Below are positions 1-7,484 of a stretch of 64,000 nt of DNA, piece after piece. The number at the start of each line of letters is the position of its first letter. Positions within the stretch are counted from its first letter, which is position 1. The translations under genes and the position numbers were made by a program. The stretch lies in IMG/VR virus record IMGVR_UViG_3300042891_002161. The stretch is one strand, 5' to 3'. The stretch is from a virus (lineage: Duplodnaviria > Heunggongvirae > Uroviricota > Caudoviricetes). Below the pieces are notes generated by a model. The model was not told the origin of the DNA. It did no database searches and saw only the letters and a list, made by a program, of their open reading frames with translations.

Positions 1-221
1 AACCAACTGATTTCGTCAGCGTGTGCCTCAATAACTACTTTGAACTCAGAGTCCATATTACCCATAATACCGTAAGCGGTGCCATAGTTATCAATTTCTA
101 CTTTATCAGCGAACTTAGCAATGTTTTCCATCCAAAGTTTTTGACCACCTAATTCGTATTCAAATCCGGTCGGTGAATTGCTATTCAAATAGCTTTCAAG
201 GAATTTTTCGTTTATCTTCAT
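1..221 (-). CDS. hypothetical protein (N-terminal part; gene continues past window start)
   Basis: Open frame on the minus strand from ATG (rc) at 219-221 to the window edge, translating MKINEKFLESYLNSNSPTGFEYELGGQKLW... It is absent from the ORF track because it is truncated by the window. Confidence 0.4.
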   Translation of the reverse strand, partial: MKINEKFLESYLNSNSPTGFEYELGGQKLWMENIAKFADKVEIDNYGTAYGIMGNMDSEFKVVIEAHADEISW

Positions 222-399
222 ATAATTTACTTTGTTTTAATTCTTAAAATTCTAATTGGTTCATAGATAAAAAATAAACCAAATATTGTGTATAGTATTT
301 TATACTCAATATTACACTCATTGTTTATAACTAGATTAAATATCATACCGGCTAAGGCAAACATTGGTATTGTTAAAATCAATTTCATTTTATTTGGAC

Positions 400-888
400 T
401 CATTTGAAATCTTCGTTGCTTCTATAATTACCTAAATTGATTGTATCAAATTCATCCATACCATCTTTACTTTTAATACCCATCTTTTTTAATACAGTAT
501 TTATAGGTCTTTCTGACCAATCATATTCGCTAGATTTATCATACTCTTTCTTATTATTTACAAATAATTTGGCTTCTTGGTGACCAGAACCACCAAAGTA
601 ATCAGTTGATATACTAGCGATAGTTTTATTTTTACCAAAGGCTCTTACATTAGGAATATGAGTAGTGGTTAAAATACCTTCTGGTAATTCAGTCCATTTT
701 ATTTCTTCGGAATTTTCTTTATTCTCTAAGACAGAGTTAATCTTTTCATTTCTTAACTCTGACTTATTCATTAAATATACGCTTATACAGTGTCCCATAA
801 TTTTGACAAAGATAAAATATAAAAGCCATTTGACAAAATAATATATAGAGTATATAAAAAAAATTATTATAGATGAGTATAATTTCAC
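400..888 (-). CDS. hypothetical protein
   Basis: 162-aa ORF. The first 30-40 residues are hydrophobic low-complexity and overlap the 5' end of the divergent gene at 873. The true start is probably an internal Met near 798 or 771. Confidence 0.4.
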   Translation of the reverse strand: MKLYSSIIIFFIYSIYYFVKWLLYFIFVKIMGHCISVYLMNKSELRNEKINSVLENKENSEEIKWTELPEGILTTTHIPNVRAFGKNKTIASISTDYFGGSGHQEAKLFVNNKKEYDKSSEYDWSERPINTVLKKMGIKSKDGMDEFDTINLGNYRSNEDFK

Positions 889-2531
889 TTTCTACTTTCA
901 CAGATATGTCTGGAGCAGCTACTCCATCATCCGGTATTTTAATAGGTTTAGACACATTAGACGGAAAACTTAAACAAAAAGATTCTTCTGGAGTCGTTAC
1001 TGAAATTGGCTCTGGTGCTGGTTCAGGATCAGCCGGTTCATCGGGTACATCAGGCTCGTCAGGCACATCAGGCTCGTCAGGCACAAGTGGTCTTGCTGGA
1101 TCAGCTGGACCAAGTGGATCAGATAGCGGTAACTCATTAAAATGGATATATGGTAATAGGACTATTAACGGTGAATTTGTATTAGGTAGTAATGACTTTA
1201 CACAATTAAATAATCAAGTTTTCATGAATAATTTTAGTCAAGTTGGTGACTCATCATCTTGGTTAGAATCCCTATCTGATTATAATATCTTATTTCCTGG
1301 TGCTACTTATATAAAAATATCAGAGTTAGTAAATCCTAACATATATGGTATTTATCAAATTACTGGTAATAATGATGATAGTCCATCAGTTTATAGAGGG
1401 TATGATATTACTAAGATTTCAGCTAATGGTACACCCACTGACGGTCTTGAATATTCAATCAGTTGGATTATAATGGGTCAAAATGGATCAAGTGGAACAT
1501 CAGGATCAAGTGGAACATCAGGTACATCGGGAATTAGTGGATCATCAGGTACTTCAGGAACTAGTGGATCATCGGGTACTTCAGGAGTGAATGGATCTTT
1601 CTTTGGTTCATCAGGAACTTCAGGAATTAGTGGATCATCAGGAACTTCAGGAATTAGTGGAACATCAGGATCATCAGGAACATCAGGAGTTGATGGATCA
1701 GGAACATCAGGAACATCAGGAATTAGTGGATCTTCAGGTACTTCAGGAGTTGATGGATCAGGAACATCAGGAACATCAGGAATTAGTGGATCTTCAGGTA
1801 CTTCAGGAGTTGATGGATCAGGAACATCAGGTACTTCAGGAGTTGATGGATCAGGAACATCAGGAACTTCAGGAGTTAATGGATCAGGAACATCAGGAAC
1901 TTCAGGAGTTAATGGATCGGGCACTTCAGGAACATCAGGAATTAGTGGATCATCAGGTACTTCAGGAGTTAATGGATCGGGCACTTCAGGAACATCAGGA
2001 ATTAGTGGATCATCAGGTACTTCAGGAGTTGATGGATCAGGAACATCAGGTACTTCAGGAGTTAATGGATCAGGAACATCAGGAACTTCAGGAGTTAATG
2101 GATCGGGCACTTCAGGAACATCAGGAATTAGTGGATCATCAGGTACTTCAGGAGTTGATGGATCAGGAACATCAGGTACTTCAGGTGTTAATGGATCTTC
2201 CGGAACTTCAGGTGTTGCCGGATCTTCTGGAACTTCAGGTGTTGCTGGATCTTCTGGAACTTCAGGTGTTAATGGATATACCGGAACTTCAGGTGTTGCC
2301 GGAACTTCTGGAACATCTGGAGTTGATGGTGTTAGTCCAATGGCTTTAACAGCGGGTGGATTTGCGGCTCTATGGGGTTTACCAGGAGGAGGTGAAGATT
2401 GTGTTATAGATGGTGTTGCTGGAACTTGGCAATTCTCAGCAGATCCAGGAGTAGGTGGTGTGGAAGGCGCTACATATTCATGTTTTGGACTTAGAATTTG
2501 TTGTGTGCCTAATAACTTCGGTGAGTCGTAA
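873..2531 (+). CDS. collagen-like Gly-X-Y repeat protein (putative fibre/fibril)
   Basis: 552 aa. There are two collagenous segments of uninterrupted G-S/T-S/T triplets (about 45 and about 83 triplets) with X-Y = SS/TS/IS/VD/VN and no proline. A roughly 110-aa globular domain lies between them. The C-terminal domain is Cys-containing and non-collagenous ([12 protein letters not shown]...[10 protein letters not shown]). Confidence 0.85.
   Translation: MSIISLSTFTDMSGAATPSSGILIGLDTLDGKLKQKDSSGVVTEIGSGAGSGSAGSSGTSGSSGTSGSSGTSGLAGSAGPSGSDSGNSLKWIYGNRTINGEFVLGSNDFTQLNNQVFMNNFSQVGDSSSWLESLSDYNILFPGATYIKISELVNPNIYGIYQITGNNDDSPSVYRGYDITKISANGTPTDGLEYSISWIIMGQNGSSGTSGSSGTSGTSGISGSSGTSGTSGSSGTSGVNGSFFGSSGTSGISGSSGTSGISGTSGSSGTSGVDGSGTSGTSGISGSSGTSGVDGSGTSGTSGISGSSGTSGVDGSGTSGTSGVDGSGTSGTSGVNGSGTSGTSGVNGSGTSGTSGISGSSGTSGVNGSGTSGTSGISGSSGTSGVDGSGTSGTSGVNGSGTSGTSGVNGSGTSGTSGISGSSGTSGVDGSGTSGTSGVNGSSGTSGVAGSSGTSGVAGSSGTSGVNGYTGTSGVAGTSGTSGVDGVSPMALTAGGFAALWGLPGGGEDCVIDGVAGTWQFSADPGVGGVEGATYSCFGLRICCVPNNFGES
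1480..2340 (+). repeat. near-identical tandem nucleotide repeats (about 60-nt units) inside the collagen-like gene
   Basis: Units such as gttgatggatcaggaacatcaggaacatcaggaattagtggatcttcaggtacttcagga recur exactly at 1690-1760, 1760-1830, 1900-1970, 1960-2030 and so on. Confidence 0.8.
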
Positions 2532-2641
2532 GCCTATGTGCATGTGCAATATTACGATGTAAATCCATAAGGATAAAAAATAAATTAGAATAAACTTAAT
2601 AATTTAATCTAGAGTTAATTCTCCAATTAATATACATTTTT

Positions 2642-2697
2642 AAAGGCTTTATTATAATAGACAAAATTTTCATAAGTCTATATATAATAAAGCCTTT
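2642..2697. terminator. bidirectional hairpin between convergent genes
   Basis: Perfect 15-bp inverted repeat aaaggctttattata ... tataataaagccttt (2642-2656 and 2683-2697), followed by a T-run. Confidence 0.5.
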
Positions 2698-2704
2698 ACT
2701 CTTT

Positions 2705-3535
2705 TTAAATATTCTTTGACTTAAAATAGTTTATAGCTATATCTAATTCAGTTTTATCTTTAATACCATGATATATCATTATATCAGAAGAATTTTCACA
2801 TTTCATATTTGAATTACCAAAGATGCCCATATTATAAGCATCACCAACAATGCTTTCATTTTCTTCAATATGTATTAAAGGCTCGGCTTGAATTGTATTA
2901 AGATAAACTCTATTTAGATTTTGTGTTATTCCTCTTTTCCAAAGAATAATGTTTAATGGTGTTTCATCTTTAAACGGGTAATATTTACGAACATCTTGTA
3001 AAAGATAATTATTGTCACATATAGATTCCCATTCTTTGAAAACATCTGAACACTTATCATTAAAACTAAAAACACAAGTATAAACATAGTTCATACTTCT
3101 TGAATTAACACCAAAGTAATTCATAAGAGGCTCTTCATTGCTAAAATCAATATACTCACCATTTTGGTCTTGACCGTTGCATAAAAATGGATAGTCCCAA
3201 TTACCATATGGAAATAAAGGAAAATCTAAATCATTATTAAGTCTTGATACAGTGAATCTTTTACCAATTAAAATATCTGTATCTACAAATAAAAATTGAC
3301 CACCAAATTTAGAGATAGCATCCAACATAATAGTTGGCTTATAAAACTCAAAAAATCTTTTATTATTATTCCTTTGATAAACTACCTTAGTTAGATTTGG
3401 ATAATCTAATGATGATTCAAACCCAATTGTATAGTATATCATTTGAACCTCATCTTTAACATTTAAAATAATAGATTCAATTAAAGCCTTTGCTTGATAT
3501 TCATAATTTGCGTCTGAAAAAAAAATTATATTCAT
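2705..3535 (-). CDS. putative glycosyltransferase (GT8 / nucleotide-diphospho-sugar transferase-like, DxD)
   Basis: The N-terminus MNIIFFSDANYEYQAKALIESI resembles the GT8 N-terminus. A candidate DxD motif sits in FLFVDTDILIG. Confidence 0.4.
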   Translation of the reverse strand: MNIIFFSDANYEYQAKALIESIILNVKDEVQMIYYTIGFESSLDYPNLTKVVYQRNNNKRFFEFYKPTIMLDAISKFGGQFLFVDTDILIGKRFTVSRLNNDLDFPLFPYGNWDYPFLCNGQDQNGEYIDFSNEEPLMNYFGVNSRSMNYVYTCVFSFNDKCSDVFKEWESICDNNYLLQDVRKYYPFKDETPLNIILWKRGITQNLNRVYLNTIQAEPLIHIEENESIVGDAYNMGIFGNSNMKCENSSDIMIYHGIKDKTELDIAINYFKSKNI

Positions 3536-3542
3536 GTTTTAT

Positions 3543-4160
3543 TTATTTTTTTACATACCAAGATCCTAACCATTCACTAGTTACTCTTAATTCATATCCA
3601 TTTTTTTCACAAAACTCATCTACTGCTGGATTAACACCAAAAACACCCATATAAGTACCATCAGTTCCCCATATAAATTTATCTTTATTATTATCAGAAT
3701 AGTTTGGATCATCATACCAATCAAGACCAAGATAATCATGACCACATATAAATCCACCTTTTTTAACTTTAGGATACCAAAGTTCTATATCCTGAACAAC
3801 ATAATCATAAGCGTGATTAGCATCAATATAAACAAAATCTAATGAATTATCATTAAACATATCAGCGGCTATTTCTGAAGTAGCTCTAACCATTATAGCT
3901 CTATCTTCAAAGCCTTTAATATTCTCCATAGCGTCAGTGTAAACGCCACCATCATATCTACCGTGATTGCTAGAATCATCATAGCCAGATTCTAGTGGTC
4001 TCCAAACGTCTACCATATATAAAGTACCTGACCAGTTGTTCATTATTTGATTTGAGAAGTTGCCTTTGAATGTACCAACCTCAACTCCTTTTCCTTTTGG
4101 AAATTCTTGACCAATATTTCTTATTAGTTCAACTCTTGTTATATTTTCTTTAATCATCAA
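3543..4160 (-). CDS. class I SAM-dependent methyltransferase (TylF/FkbM/MycF-like O-methyltransferase fold)
   Basis: Contains a G-x-G motif (GVEVGTFKG), LDFVYIDANHAYDYV and GGFICGHDY, typical of the Methyltransf_24 family. Confidence 0.6.
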   Translation of the reverse strand: MMIKENITRVELIRNIGQEFPKGKGVEVGTFKGNFSNQIMNNWSGTLYMVDVWRPLESGYDDSSNHGRYDGGVYTDAMENIKGFEDRAIMVRATSEIAADMFNDNSLDFVYIDANHAYDYVVQDIELWYPKVKKGGFICGHDYLGLDWYDDPNYSDNNKDKFIWGTDGTYMGVFGVNPAVDEFCEKNGYELRVTSEWLGSWYVKK

Positions 4161-4188
4161 TTATTATATTGATAAATTAAAGATAGGT

Positions 4189-4500
4189 TTAAATAATTAT
4201 ACCGTTTAATATATTTTCTGATAAAGAAGTAATAAATCTCTCAATTAATTCAATTTCCTCATCTAAATTTCCATCAGTTCTGAATTGTCTAAATGATCCA
4301 GTGTCTAAAAATCTCATAGTATATTCACCTCTATTTGGAAATATAGTAAAGCAGAATCTTGTTCTACCTGAATTAGAAGCTTGTGCCCAGATTCTTCTAT
4401 AGTCTGGGGACAATCTTTCCATTAATAAGTCTTGTAACAACATCAATGTTGTTTCAAATGATGTTCCTCTTCTTGCGTGATATGAATAAATTTCTTCCAT
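4189..4500 (-). CDS. hypothetical protein
   Basis: The ORF track extends it to 4596, across tRNA-Ser. A likely true start is MEEIYSYHARRG near 4500. Confidence 0.35.
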   Translation of the reverse strand: MEEIYSYHARRGTSFETTLMLLQDLLMERLSPDYRRIWAQASNSGRTRFCFTIFPNRGEYTMRFLDTGSFRQFRTDGNLDEEIELIERFITSLSENILNGIII

Positions 4501-4514
4501 AATTTTTAATTTTT

Positions 4515-4602
4515 GCGGAGAGTGAGGGATTCGAACCCTCGGTACCCTTTCAGGTACACACGCTTTCCAAGCGTGCTCCATAAACCACTCGGACAACTCT
4601 CC
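4515..4602 (-). tRNA. tRNA-Ser (anticodon GGA), type II
   Basis: Acceptor GGAGAGT/ACTCTCC. Anticodon arm CACGC-TTGGAAA-GCGTG. Long variable arm. T-arm GAGGGTTCGAATCCCTC. Discriminator G. CCA is not encoded. Confidence 0.8.
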
Positions 4603-4612
4603 AGTTATCTTT

Positions 4613-4699
4613 GCGGAGAGCAGAGTATTCGAAACTCACACATTTTATTGTGCCACTCGCTTAGCAGGCGGTGCTAGTACCCTGACTAGTTTACTCTCC
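4613..4699 (-). tRNA. type II tRNA, Ser-like (possible anticodon GCU; imperfect anticodon stem)
   Basis: Same GGAGAGT acceptor, GTTCGAATACTC T-arm and roughly 87-nt length. The candidate anticodon loop CTGCTAA has only a 3-bp stem in my fold, so it could be a pseudo-tRNA. Confidence 0.5.
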
Positions 4700-4704
4700 A
4701 TTAG

Positions 4705-4787
4705 CGGAAGAAGAGGGAATCGAACCCCCAAAGCCTTACGACCCAGCCGCTTTCAAGGCGGTGTCCTCGTCCATTCGGACTCCTTCC
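4705..4787 (-). tRNA. tRNA-Ser (anticodon UGA), type II
   Basis: Acceptor GGAAGGA/TTCTTCC. Anticodon loop CTTGAAA. T-arm GGGGGTTCGATTCCCTC. Discriminator G. Confidence 0.65.
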
Positions 4788-4792
4788 GGTTG

Positions 4793-4876
4793 CGGAGAGG
4801 TGAGGTATCGATCCCCATACCTTTCGGTACGACTAGTTTTCAAGACTAGCTTTAGCGCCAGCTAAATTACCTCTCC
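4793..4876 (-). tRNA. type II tRNA, Ser-like (anticodon loop CTTGAAA = UGA), with an unusual T-loop
   Basis: Acceptor GGAGAGG/CCTCTCC. Anticodon arm CTAGT-CTTGAAA-ACTAG. Discriminator G. The T-loop ATCGATA is non-canonical. The 5' half overlaps the HNH remnant frame. Confidence 0.55.
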
Positions 4877-5069
4877 TTTCATTAAAGTGATGTATTCTAT
4901 GACAATTTGAACATAAAACAATACACTTTTCTATTTCTTCTAATATCCTATCTTTGTTACAAGATTTTATAATATTTGATACTTCTGATTCTTTTTTACC
5001 AATATGATGAAAATCTAAAGCGGCTGGATGTGAAAATCCACATTCTTGGCATTTTAGAGAACTTTGAAA
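4833..5069 (-). pseudogene. HNH endonuclease domain remnant (no start codon; 3' end reads into a tRNA)
   Basis: The frame translates FQSSLKCQECGFSHPAALDFHHIGKKESEVSNIIKSCNKDRILEEIEKCIVLCSNCHRIHHFNERRGNLAGAK..., a full C-x2-C...HH...N...C-x2-C-H-x2-H HNH core. An in-frame TAA lies immediately upstream and there is no ATG. It lies between tRNA-Arg and the tRNA-Ser block. Confidence 0.55.
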
Positions 5070-5093
5070 TTAAAAATATGTTCGTATCACTTG

Positions 5094-5166
5094 TAGTCCC
5101 AGAAGGATTCGAACCTTCATTTTTGGTTTCGTAGACCAATGTCCTGTCCAGTTGAACGATGGAACC
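5094..5166 (-). tRNA. tRNA-Arg (anticodon ACG)
   Basis: Acceptor GGTTCCA/TGGGACT (with G-U pairs). Anticodon arm TTGGT-CTACGAA-ACCAA. T-arm GAAGGTTCGAATCCTTC. Discriminator A. Confidence 0.75.
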
Positions 5167-5170
5167 ATAT

Positions 5171-5215
5171 AAAAACAAAAAACCCTTCAAACTTGAGTTC
5201 GAAGGGTTTCTTTAA
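5171..5215. terminator. rho-independent, bidirectional-type hairpin
   Basis: A-run, then the inverted repeat ACCCTTCaaacttgagttcGAAGGGT, then TTTCTTT. It lies downstream of the minus-strand gene at 5370-5972. Confidence 0.6.
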
Positions 5216-5263
5216 TATCTTTTTTACTTGACTATTATGAACACGATCGAACCTCACTCATTT

Positions 5264-5291
5264 TTGACGAGCGACTTGACGATTTTGACGA
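5264..5291. promoter_or_regulatory. three direct TTGACGA repeats in the 5' region of the minus-strand gene cluster
   Basis: TTGACGA at 5264-5270, 5276-5282 and 5285-5291, within about 100 nt downstream of the stop of gene 5370-5972. Confidence 0.25.
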
Positions 5292-5369
5292 TGTGTAAAT
5301 AATTGTTTTCATAATCTTATTGTATATATTACAAATGTAATCTTTGTTTTTGTTATTTCCTAATTTTTT

Positions 5370-5972
5370 TTATACTAAATCTTCAGCATCAGCTGGAAGA
5401 GTTATTCTAACAAGTTGTCTTTTAACATCTTCTTCTAATGGTAAAGACTCGTGAATGAATGTTGAATTACCCCAATATAAAGTATTACTCTTTAAGTTGA
5501 AGTTTTCCATTTTAGAAAGATCTAAATGTGAACAATCTCCACCTTGGTTTGGTTGACCTTCATAATCACCATTCCAACCTTTACAAGCTTCATAAGAAGA
5601 AACAATTAACATTCCACCTTTTTCAGAACAATATTGTTCTTCGTGTTTATCTCTTGGTAAAAATCTACCATCTTCTCCAGTTAACCAGCCGCTTCCGCCG
5701 CCACCCCATCCAAATAGATAGTTTCCATCAGTATGTGGTCCACCTCTTCTATGAGATTCACCTTTACTAACAATTTTTTCATCAATTGTTAAATATGCTT
5801 TACCTGTTTTCTTAGGTGAGCAATCAACAATCTCTTTAAGAACAGATTCCCATCTTTCATAACCTATTGGTAAAGTAGGATTCTCCATATCGAATTCGTG
5901 CATATAAACTCTATCACCTCTGTATTCTGGAAGAGATATCGGTTTAATCATTTTTGATTTACTTTTTAACAT
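5370..5972 (-). CDS. hypothetical protein, possible 2OG-Fe(II) oxygenase-like fold
   Basis: Candidate HxD (GGPHTDGNY) and a distal His (NSTFIHESLP) about 95 residues apart. The assignment is weak. Confidence 0.3.
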   Translation of the reverse strand: MLKSKSKMIKPISLPEYRGDRVYMHEFDMENPTLPIGYERWESVLKEIVDCSPKKTGKAYLTIDEKIVSKGESHRRGGPHTDGNYLFGWGGGGSGWLTGEDGRFLPRDKHEEQYCSEKGGMLIVSSYEACKGWNGDYEGQPNQGGDCSHLDLSKMENFNLKSNTLYWGNSTFIHESLPLEEDVKRQLVRITLPADAEDLV

Positions 5973-5988
5973 AATGTTATTTAATTTT

Positions 5989-6171
5989 TTAGTAGTTATC
6001 GTAGAAGTAATCTTTAAGATCTTTTTCTCCGTAACCTTTTTCTCTTAGGACTTTATACATTTCATAAGATGATTTGTTCTTTTTATTAGTATCAATAAAA
6101 TCTTCAATTTCATCTTTTTTAGAAACTTTTTCGCCTTTTACCTTTTCATTAAATTTTTGTAAATGTTTCAT
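5989..6171 (-). CDS. small Lys/Glu-rich hypothetical protein
   Basis: 60-aa ORF with a TAATATATAC-type motif upstream on the minus strand. Confidence 0.4.
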   Translation of the reverse strand: MKHLQKFNEKVKGEKVSKKDEIEDFIDTNKKNKSSYEMYKVLREKGYGEKDLKDYFYDNY

Positions 6172-6221
6172 TTTTTAATCTTTGATTTTATGTATATATT
6201 AAAATCAATATTTATATTTTG

Positions 6222-6350
6222 TGGGGATGGTTGGATTCGAACCAACGACCTTATAATTTCAAAATATACGAAGTAACTCTCTCAATCAACACTCTTTACG
6301 AGGTAAAATTTCAAAAGAGATAGTTTTCTCTACCACTGAGCTACATCCCC
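6222..6350 (-). tRNA. tRNA-like gene with a ~55-nt insertion (intron-like or disrupted; isotype unresolved)
   Basis: The 5' end GGGGATGTAGCTCAGTGGTAGAG and the 3' end AGGTCGTTGGTTCGAATCCAACCATCCCCA are canonical. The middle holds about 55 extra nt with a duplicated TTTTGAAATT segment (candidate anticodon loop: GAA or UGA). Confidence 0.45.
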
Positions 6351-6413
6351 AAATGAATTTATTACGTTACTTGAAAAGTGCCAAGTCGATAAAATTCTAA
6401 ACGGTCTCATAAC

Positions 6414-6558
6414 TAGGGAGAGAGGCAGGGCTCGAACCTGCGACCACGGATTTAAAAGATCGAAGTAACTCTTAACATCACTACTAATATTGATAATCAA
6501 TATCAGAGAATCCTTGTCAGAGTAATTGCGTGCTCTACCAACTGAGCTACTCTCTCCA
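6414..6558 (-). tRNA. tRNA-like gene with a ~70-nt structured insertion (His-like G-1/C73 architecture; isotype unresolved)
   Basis: The 5' end G-GAGAGAG-TA-GCTCAGTTGGTAGAGC and the 3' end GTGGTCGCAGGTTCGAGCCCTGC-CTCTCTC-C are canonical. The central insertion contains nested perfect hairpins (ATATTGAT/ATCAATAT; ACTCT/AGAGT). Confidence 0.45.
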
Positions 6559-6567
6559 TATTATTTG

Positions 6568-6650
6568 TGATTCCGGTGGGACTCGAACCCACGGTGGACT
6601 TTCATCGACAGATTAAGAGTCTGTTGCAATCGCCGCTATGCGACGGAATC
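6568..6650 (-). tRNA. atypical tRNA: Lys-type anticodon loop (CUU) on a type II-like scaffold
   Basis: Acceptor GATTCCG/CGGAATC. Anticodon arm ACAGA-CTCTTAA-TCTGT. D-loop contains AGCGGC. About 15 nt lie between the anticodon stem and the T-stem. T-arm GTGGGTTCGAGTCCCAC. Discriminator A. Confidence 0.5.
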
Positions 6651-6657
6651 ATTTTTG

Positions 6658-6740
6658 TGCGTCTGGTGGGACTCGAACCCACGGTTGAAATTAATCGACT
6701 GGTTAAAAGCCAGCTGCTATAGCCACTAAGCGACAGACGC
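6658..6740 (-). tRNA. atypical tRNA: anticodon UUU on a type II-like scaffold (paralogue of 6568 and 6750)
   Basis: Acceptor GCGTCTG/CAGACGC. Anticodon arm GCTGG-CTTTTAA-CCAGT. A 15-nt variable region. Identical T-arm GTGGGTTCGAGTCCCAC. Discriminator A. Confidence 0.5.
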
Positions 6741-6749
6741 AATACTTAG

Positions 6750-6834
6750 TGATCCTGGTGGGACTCGAACCCACGGTTGAGAATTAACTCTACTGGTTAA
6801 AAGCCAGTTGCTATAGCCGCTAAGCGACAGGATC
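6750..6834 (-). tRNA. atypical tRNA: anticodon UUU on a type II-like scaffold
   Basis: Acceptor GATCCTG/CAGGATC. Anticodon arm ACTGG-CTTTTAA-CCAGT. Variable region AGAGTTAATTCTCAACC forms a GAG/CTC hairpin. Same T-arm as 6568 and 6658. Confidence 0.5.
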
Positions 6835-6847
6835 ATTTGTATTTTAG

Positions 6848-6920
6848 TGATCCCGGTGGGGTTTGAACCCACAACCTTCCGATTAAAAGTCGGAAGCTCC
6901 ACCAATTGAGCTACGGAATC
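6848..6920 (-). tRNA. tRNA-Lys (anticodon UUU), canonical type I
   Basis: GATTCCG-TA-GCTCAATTGGTGGAGC-T-TCCGA-CTTTTAA-TCGGA-AGGTT-GTGGGTTCAAACCCCAC-CGGGATC-A. Confidence 0.85.
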
Positions 6921-6934
6921 ATTGTCTTTTTGAG

Positions 6935-6960
6935 GGCAACGATCCGTATGAATCGTTGCC
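6935..6960. other. 9-bp stem hairpin in a tRNA spacer (possible processing or termination signal)
   Basis: GGCAACGAT-ccgtatga-ATCGTTGCC. Confidence 0.3.
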
Positions 6961-7007
6961 TAGCGTTTATATTTCAATTTTGTTTTCATTTCTTTTAATT
7001 TATTTTA

Positions 7008-7079
7008 GCACGCCATTGAGGAATTGAACCCCACCGTCGAGGTTTTGGAGACCTGACCGACACCTTGTCTGTATGACGT
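7008..7079 (-). tRNA. tRNA-Trp (anticodon CCA)
   Basis: Acceptor ACGTCAT/ATGGCGT. Anticodon arm AGGT-CTCCAAA-ACCT. T-arm TGGGGTTCAATTCCTCA. Discriminator G. Confidence 0.65.
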
Positions 7080-7091
7080 ATTTTATTTTAG

Positions 7092-7173
7092 CACAGGTAA
7101 AGAGACTCGAACTCTTAGCCACTCTTACGAATTACCGGGTTGGAGCCGGCTGGTCACACCAATGAGTACCTGT
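7092..7173 (-). tRNA. atypical tRNA with candidate anticodon loop CTCCAAC (CCA) and an extended (~17-nt) variable region
   Basis: Acceptor ACAGGTA/TACCTGT is perfect. Anticodon arm GCCGG-CTCCAAC-CCGGT. T-arm AAGAGTTCGAGTCTCTT. The identity is uncertain. Confidence 0.4.
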
Positions 7174-7179
7174 ATGTTG

Positions 7180-7251
7180 TGGAGACTGACGGAATCGAAC
7201 CGACCTCTTCCGGGCTTCAACCGGACGCTAAACCAACTTAGCTAAGTCTCC
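7180..7251 (-). tRNA. tRNA-Phe (anticodon GAA)
   Basis: Acceptor GGAGACT/AGTCTCC. Anticodon arm TCCGG-TTGAAGC-CCGGA. T-loop TTCGATT. Discriminator A. Confidence 0.75.
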
Positions 7252-7254
7252 TTT

Positions 7255-7331
7255 TGGGTGAATGACGGGTTACGATCCCGCTACCTCTGGTACCACAAAC
7301 CAGCGCTCTACCGATTGAGCTACATTCACCA
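7255..7331 (-). tRNA. tRNA-His (anticodon GUG) with encoded G-1 and 3' CCA
   Basis: G-GTGAATG-TA-GCTCAATCGGTAGAGC-G-CTGGT-TTGTGGT-ACCAG-AGGTA-GCGGGATCGTAACCCGT-CATTCAC-C-CA. Confidence 0.85.
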
Positions 7332-7484
7332 TAATACCCCACTTCATCAGATTACCGGACTGACTGCCATATGGGAGTGGGGGTCTCCTGTTTATCTCAG
7401 GACTCCGTGGAACCTCCCGGTAACGATCCGGGCTCCCTGGATTTTCAGTCCAGTGCTTTCACCTGATTAGCTTAGGTTCCAATT
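7332..7484 (-). ncRNA. unassigned GC-rich (about 50% GC) structured spacer between the two His tRNAs
   Basis: Local GC is far above the 28-30% background. Hairpins include CCCGG-atcgtta-CCGGG and TCCTG-agataaa-CAGGA, and a CTGATGA element is present. No tRNA cloverleaf could be drawn. Confidence 0.3.

Noticed and set aside
1478-2349. Track ORFs 1478-2110 (-) and 1591-2349 (+, alternative frame) overlapping the collagen-like gene
   Set aside because: They are artefacts of the highly repetitive Gly-X-Y coding sequence: PD/VP and QEL low-complexity frames. The 873-2531 frame has a coherent domain architecture.
4996-5190. 64-aa ORF overlapping tRNA-Arg
   Set aside because: It lies entirely over a confident tRNA gene and the terminator hairpin. 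The sequence is low-complexity.
5370-5972. Prolyl 4-hydroxylase acting on the collagen-like protein
   Set aside because: The collagen-like repeats contain essentially no proline, so Hyp formation cannot be the role. The oxygenase assignment itself is weak.
6568-6920. Regularly spaced repeats containing GGTGGGACTCGAACCCAC looked like a possible CRISPR array
   Set aside because: The repeats are the T-arm and acceptor regions of tandem paralogous tRNA genes. The spacers fold as D and anticodon arms.
7258-7470. 70-aa plus-strand ORF across tRNA-His and the GC-rich spacer
   Set aside because: It overlaps a canonical tRNA. The composition reflects structured RNA, not coding sequence.
7332-7484. 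tmRNA partner for SmpB in the GC-rich spacer
   Set aside because: There is no T-loop GGTTCGAATCC-like element, no terminal CCA or acceptor pairing and no plausible tag reading frame. It is kept only as an unassigned structured RNA.
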